A stretch of DNA of 64,000 nucleotides from an uncultured Mycoplasmatota bacterium (GTDB lineage Bacteria; Bacillota_I; Bacilli_A; RF39; UBA660), in assembly GCA_947574255.1 (NCBI GenBank), contig CANPJT010000001.1, positions 4,554-68,553 on the forward strand. The letters are read 5' to 3'. This document shows, piece by piece, positions 60,254 to 64,000 of the stretch. Made by a program: the position numbers and the translations under genes. Numbering within the stretch: position 1 is the stretch's first letter; the number at the start of each line of letters is the position of its first letter. The notes below the pieces were generated by a model that ran no database searches, was not told the DNA's origin, and worked only from the letters and a program-made list of their open reading frames with translations.

Positions 60254-61807
60254 TTATAAGCTTGGATATACACCAATACCTATCGGAAGTCCTACTATAT
60301 ACCAGACGATTAAAATTGTCAATAATACTAAAAATGTCATAATCGCGTATGGTAATTGATATTTTATAGCTTTTAATAAATGGATAGACTTTTTTCCTTG
60401 ATTGTATTTTTCTAAAAAGGCTAAATATACAACGAAGTAGGAAAATAATGGAGTAAGTCCAATAGAAACCGATTCTCCAAAACGGAATATTACTTGAGCA
60501 AACTCTGGAGTTATTCCCGCTTCAATTAAAACAGGTATTATTGTTCCTGACATAATTGACCATTTTGCTAAGCTTGAAGGAATAAATAATGTTGCTATTA
60601 TAGTGATTAAAAACAATAAAGCTATTAAAGGTATTCCAGTAAATGGTGCTTTACTTACTAAATTAGCTAATAAAGTTACAACTATTGTACCTATATTAGT
60701 ATATTTGAATATATTTATTAGGATTGATGAGAAAAAAATTAAAACTAAAATTTTTCCTATTCCATCTAAAGAATGTCCTAGATCTTCACATAAATCTCGA
60801 TTATTTTTTATTGTTTTTGCTCCTATTCCATAAAAGAAACCTAATATAATAAAAAACATAGTAACAATAAAGACGAACCCTGTACTGAAGAAAGAATTAT
60901 AGCTAAATAATTTATCTATATAAAATATTTGACTATCGTCTAATAATTTCCCAGATAATGGTAGTCCTGGAATAATATTATATAAAAAGAAGAGTAAATA
61001 AATAGATCCAGCAAGTATGGCTAAGGCTAAACCTTTTTTTTCTTTTTTTCCAATTGAAAATTCTTCTTCAACTTCTGTTTCTTCTATTTCATATTTGTCT
61101 ATTTTATAAACTAAGTATTTTTCTGTTAGTTCTGTTATTAAAAATGCTAGTAATAAGAATGTAAAAGACATTATAATGACAAAACTTGTTGTTTTAATAA
61201 TATAATTTGGATCTACCATATTAGCAGCCAGTTGAGTTAATGATAATAAAGAAGAATCAACACTAGTTAATATAAAACTAATTCCTGTTCCACAAGTTAA
61301 GCCTGCAAAAGTTGCTATTATTCCAAGTGAAGGATTTCTTTTACCATAATTAAATAAAATAGCACTTATTGGTATCAAAATAATATAAGAAAGATCTCCA
61401 ATAATTCCTAATAAGATACTTATTAACACTAAAATAAAGGTTACAGTATTTTTTTTAGATTTTTTAGTTAATAAAGTAAAAGCTGTTTTTAAAAAACCAC
61501 TTTTATCCATTATACCTATACCAATTAATATAATGATTAAACTACTTAATGGAGCGAAAGCAACAAAATTAGAAACTGTACTAGTGAATATATATTTTAA
61601 ACCACTAATGCTTATTAAAGAAGAAACTTCTGTTATTGATGTTCTATATTCTAGTGAAGTTGTATTAATTTTTTTGATTGTTGCTTGAACTCCAAAAACG
61701 GATAGAATTCCACTCAATATAACTATTATTCCTACTATAATTAATAATGTCATTATAGGATGAAGAGTTATTTTTTGTTTTATTTTATTTACATTCATTT
61801 TTTTCAC
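60254..61807 (-). CDS. AbgT-family transporter (aminobenzoyl-glutamate / antimetabolite transporter family)
   Basis: 517 aa, about 12 TM, with the size and pattern of the AbgT/MtrF family. Moderate confidence. Confidence 0.5.
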   Translation of the reverse strand: MKKMNVNKIKQKITLHPIMTLLIIVGIIVILSGILSVFGVQATIKKINTTSLEYRTSITEVSSLISISGLKYIFTSTVSNFVAFAPLSSLIIILIGIGIMDKSGFLKTAFTLLTKKSKKNTVTFILVLISILLGIIGDLSYIILIPISAILFNYGKRNPSLGIIATFAGLTCGTGISFILTSVDSSLLSLTQLAANMVDPNYIIKTTSFVIIMSFTFLLLAFLITELTEKYLVYKIDKYEIEETEVEEEFSIGKKEKKGLALAILAGSIYLLFFLYNIIPGLPLSGKLLDDSQIFYIDKLFSYNSFFSTGFVFIVTMFFIILGFFYGIGAKTIKNNRDLCEDLGHSLDGIGKILVLIFFSSILINIFKYTNIGTIVVTLLANLVSKAPFTGIPLIALLFLITIIATLFIPSSLAKWSIMSGTIIPVLIEAGITPEFAQVIFRFGESVSIGLTPLFSYFVVYLAFLEKYNQGKKSIHLLKAIKYQLPYAIMTFLVLLTILIVWYIVGLPIGIGVYPSL

Positions 61808-61997
61808 CTATAACTTTTTTTAATTTACGTTCAAATTCTAAACGATCCATCATAATTTCACGTCCACAATTTATACATTTTATTTTTATATCTACTCCTA
61901 ATCTTTTAATTTGCCATTCGTTAGTTCCACAAGCATGTGGTTTTTTCATAATTACAATTGAATCTAATTTATAGGGTTTCATTATTATGCACCTCAA
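61785..61997 (-). CDS. DUF951 (YyzM-like) small protein with a CxxC...CxxC motif
   Basis: 70 aa, HACGTNEW...CINCGRE. Sits between ychF and the mscS-like gene, as in Bacillus. Confidence 0.5.
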   Translation of the reverse strand: MRCIIMKPYKLDSIVIMKKPHACGTNEWQIKRLGVDIKIKCINCGREIMMDRLEFERKLKKVIGEKNECK

Positions 61998-62784
61998 TTT
62001 GTTGATAAGGTATTTTTATTTTATCCTTTTCATAAGTATCTTTGATTATCTTTAAAATATCTCTTTTAATTTGCCACTGATTATCTTGCGAACAAATAAT
62101 GCTTATAGTATATATTACAGCACTATCACTTAATTCTGAGATTCCTAAGTATTCAGATTGATCAGACACTCCTTTAATTTTTTTTGCCTCTTCCAATATT
62201 TTAGAAATTGATTTTTCAGCTTTTGCTGTTTTGACTTCATAAGCTGTTGCTATATTTATTTTTAAATTTGCTTTCTTTTGACTAATATTTATTACTTCAT
62301 TAATATTTCTATTAGCAATTATCATTACTTCTCCTGTACTTTTTTTTACTTTAGTAGCTTTTAAACTCATTTCAATTACTTCTCCAGTAAAATTATTATA
62401 AGTAATAATATCTCCAACAACAAAGTAATTATTTAAAACTATATCTACTCCACTAATTAGATCTTTTAAAGTATCTTGAAGAGCAAGACCAAGTAAAGCA
62501 CTAGCTACTCCTAAACTTGCTATTATACCTTTAGTATTTACGCCATACAAATCTAGAATAAAGAATATAACTAATGCATATATCATTACTTTGGCAACAT
62601 TAGATAATAATTTTACAATTGTAGCTCTTTTTTTTCTTTCATAAGAACTTTTGCCATGGTTAACTATTTTATCAATTAGCTTATTTCCTAATGTATATGC
62701 AATTATTCCAACCAAAATAATAATTGCTAAGCCATATACTTCTTTTTTTCCTAAAATATTTAAAAAATTTTTTGCAAAATCCAT
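61969..62784 (-). CDS. Mechanosensitive ion channel (MscS family)
   Basis: 3 TM plus an MscS beta domain (VGDIITYNNFTGEVIEMSL). Confidence 0.7.
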   Translation of the reverse strand: MDFAKNFLNILGKKEVYGLAIIILVGIIAYTLGNKLIDKIVNHGKSSYERKKRATIVKLLSNVAKVMIYALVIFFILDLYGVNTKGIIASLGVASALLGLALQDTLKDLISGVDIVLNNYFVVGDIITYNNFTGEVIEMSLKATKVKKSTGEVMIIANRNINEVINISQKKANLKINIATAYEVKTAKAEKSISKILEEAKKIKGVSDQSEYLGISELSDSAVIYTISIICSQDNQWQIKRDILKIIKDTYEKDKIKIPYQQIEVHNNETL

Positions 62785-63675
62785 TTAATCACCCGTTATT
62801 TCTATTCCTAAAATTTCGAGAATTCTTTCTAAGTCTTTTTCTCGCACAAAAGGAATTTCAATTTTATTATCCTTTATTTTTACTTTTGTTCCTAATTTTT
62901 CTCGCATAACCTTTTCATAAATAATAAAATGAATACTTTTTTCATCCACTTTACGATTTAATTTATTTTTCTTGGGAACATTTTCTATAGCTATAATATG
63001 TTCTAAATCTCGAACACTTAAAGATTCATTTATTATTCGATCTGTCAAATCATTTATTAATTCATCATCACTAATTTTACTTAAAGCTCTGGCATGCCCC
63101 ATACTAATTTTATTTTTCTCTACAAGCTTTTTGGTTGCACTTGGAAGTTTTAATAAACCAAGCATATTAGTTATATGGCTTCTGCTTTTACCAAACTTTT
63201 TTGCAAATTCTTCTTGAGTTAAATTGCTTATCTTAATAATATTTTCATAGGCTAAAGCTTCATCAATAGGATTTAAATCTTCTCTTTGAATATTTTCAAT
63301 TAGTGCTACTTCCATCATTTCTTGATCATTAAAGTCTTTTATAATGGCTGGAATCTTTTCTAGACCTGCTAAAATTGCTGCTTTTGTTCGACGTTCTCCT
63401 GCTATAAGTTCATATCCCTTGATACTTTTTTTGACAATTACAGGTTGAACTATTCCATATTCTTTAATACTTTCTGATAGTTCTTTTAAGGATTCATCAT
63501 TAAATGTTTTTCGGGGTTGATAGGGATTGCTTCTTATTTCTTCAAGAGGTATTTCAATTATGTCACTTTCTTTAGTGGAAGCAACTATTTCACTTTCAAA
63601 ATTTTCAAAGTTTATTACTTCATTTGAGAATAGTTGTTCTAATCCTTTACCTAATGCTTTTCTTTTAGTTTCCAT
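62785..63675 (-). CDS. parB: Chromosome partitioning protein ParB/Spo0J
   Basis: LIAGERRTKAA (GERR box) and HTH. Confidence 0.85.
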   Translation of the reverse strand: METKRKALGKGLEQLFSNEVINFENFESEIVASTKESDIIEIPLEEIRSNPYQPRKTFNDESLKELSESIKEYGIVQPVIVKKSIKGYELIAGERRTKAAILAGLEKIPAIIKDFNDQEMMEVALIENIQREDLNPIDEALAYENIIKISNLTQEEFAKKFGKSRSHITNMLGLLKLPSATKKLVEKNKISMGHARALSKISDDELINDLTDRIINESLSVRDLEHIIAIENVPKKNKLNRKVDEKSIHFIIYEKVMREKLGTKVKIKDNKIEIPFVREKDLERILEILGIEITGD

Positions 63676-64000
63676 TTCTACTTATCACTTCCTTTGCTAA
63701 ATTTGCATACGCAAGTGTTGCTCTACTAGTTGGATCATAAGCATTAATTGGTTTACCATGACTTGGAGCTTCTACTAGTCTAACAAGTCTCGGAATTATT
63801 GTATTAAATACCTTATTTTTAAAACATTTTCGTACTTCTTCGATAACTTCTAACCCAATATTTGTACGACCATCAAGCATTGTTAGTAATACTCCTTCTA
63901 TCCTTAAATCTGGATTCATATTTGATTGAACCAATATTATAGAATTTAAAAGCTGAGTTATTCCTTCTAGAGCAAAATATTCGCATTGTACTGGAATTAT
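63665..64000 (-). CDS. parA: Chromosome partitioning ATPase ParA/Soj (C-terminal part; the ORF continues past the window end)
   Basis: The frame stays open to the window end. IPVQCEYFALEGITQLLNSI...DLRIEGVLLTMLDGRTN matches Soj. Confidence 0.8.
   Translation of the reverse strand: MIPVQCEYFALEGITQLLNSIILVQSNMNPDLRIEGVLLTMLDGRTNIGLEVIEEVRKCFKNKVFNTIIPRLVRLVEAPSHGKPINAYDPTSRATLAYANLAKEVISRNGN

Noticed and set aside
1-64000. Mollicute-type genetic code (TGA=Trp), given the extreme AT-richness
   Set aside because: All ribosomal and housekeeping proteins are full-length under the standard code with TGA as stop. Spo0A, WhiA and GerQ indicate a sporulating Firmicute.
1-64000. CRISPR arrays
   Set aside because: No regularly spaced direct repeats were seen outside the intragenic TSP3 array.

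Overview
Very AT-rich (about 27% GC), standard-code Firmicute sequence. It is likely from a spore-forming Clostridia-like organism with a compact genome, because Spo0A, WhiA, GerQ-like, a CotS-like kinase and SipW/TasA-like genes are present. Almost every gene is on the minus strand. The window ends at the origin-proximal parAB cluster, and 51.8-64 kb is syntenic with the Bacillus oriC region (dnaB helicase, rplI, rpsR-ssb-rpsF, ychF, parB, parA).

The core (15.4-29.4 kb) is an intact S10-spc-alpha ribosomal superoperon (rpsJ...rplQ plus secY-adk-map-infA-rpmJ-rpsM-rpsK-rpoA). It lacks rpmD (L30) and ends in an unusual way. A glycolytic cluster follows (gpmI, tpiA-pgk-gap), interrupted by spo0A, a lytic transglycosylase and a frameshifted surface-protein gene. 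After that come clpP, whiA, ftsEX with an M23 activator-like protein, ung, rlmH and walJ-like genes.

The first 15 kb is an accessory segment bracketed by two diverged direct copies of a two-gene module: a roughly 70-aa protein translationally coupled to a roughly 460-aa HExxH...EGxxYH putative metallopeptidase. The segment contains a SipW-type signal peptidase with three predicted SipW substrates: two TasA/camelysin-like proteins and a 734-aa membrane-anchored thrombospondin-type-3 calcium-binding repeat protein. It also holds an orphan SUFU-domain (immunity-like) gene, a lone tRNA-Cys, a 1-kb gene-free tract with a C8 homopolymer in a promoter-like spacer, and a putative spore-envelope cluster (3xLysM protein, membrane proteins, bacterial PH-domain proteins). 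A second G8 homopolymer switches a secreted-protein gene (31.2-32.4 kb) out of frame, which points to phase variation.

No transposase, integrase or CRISPR array was seen.
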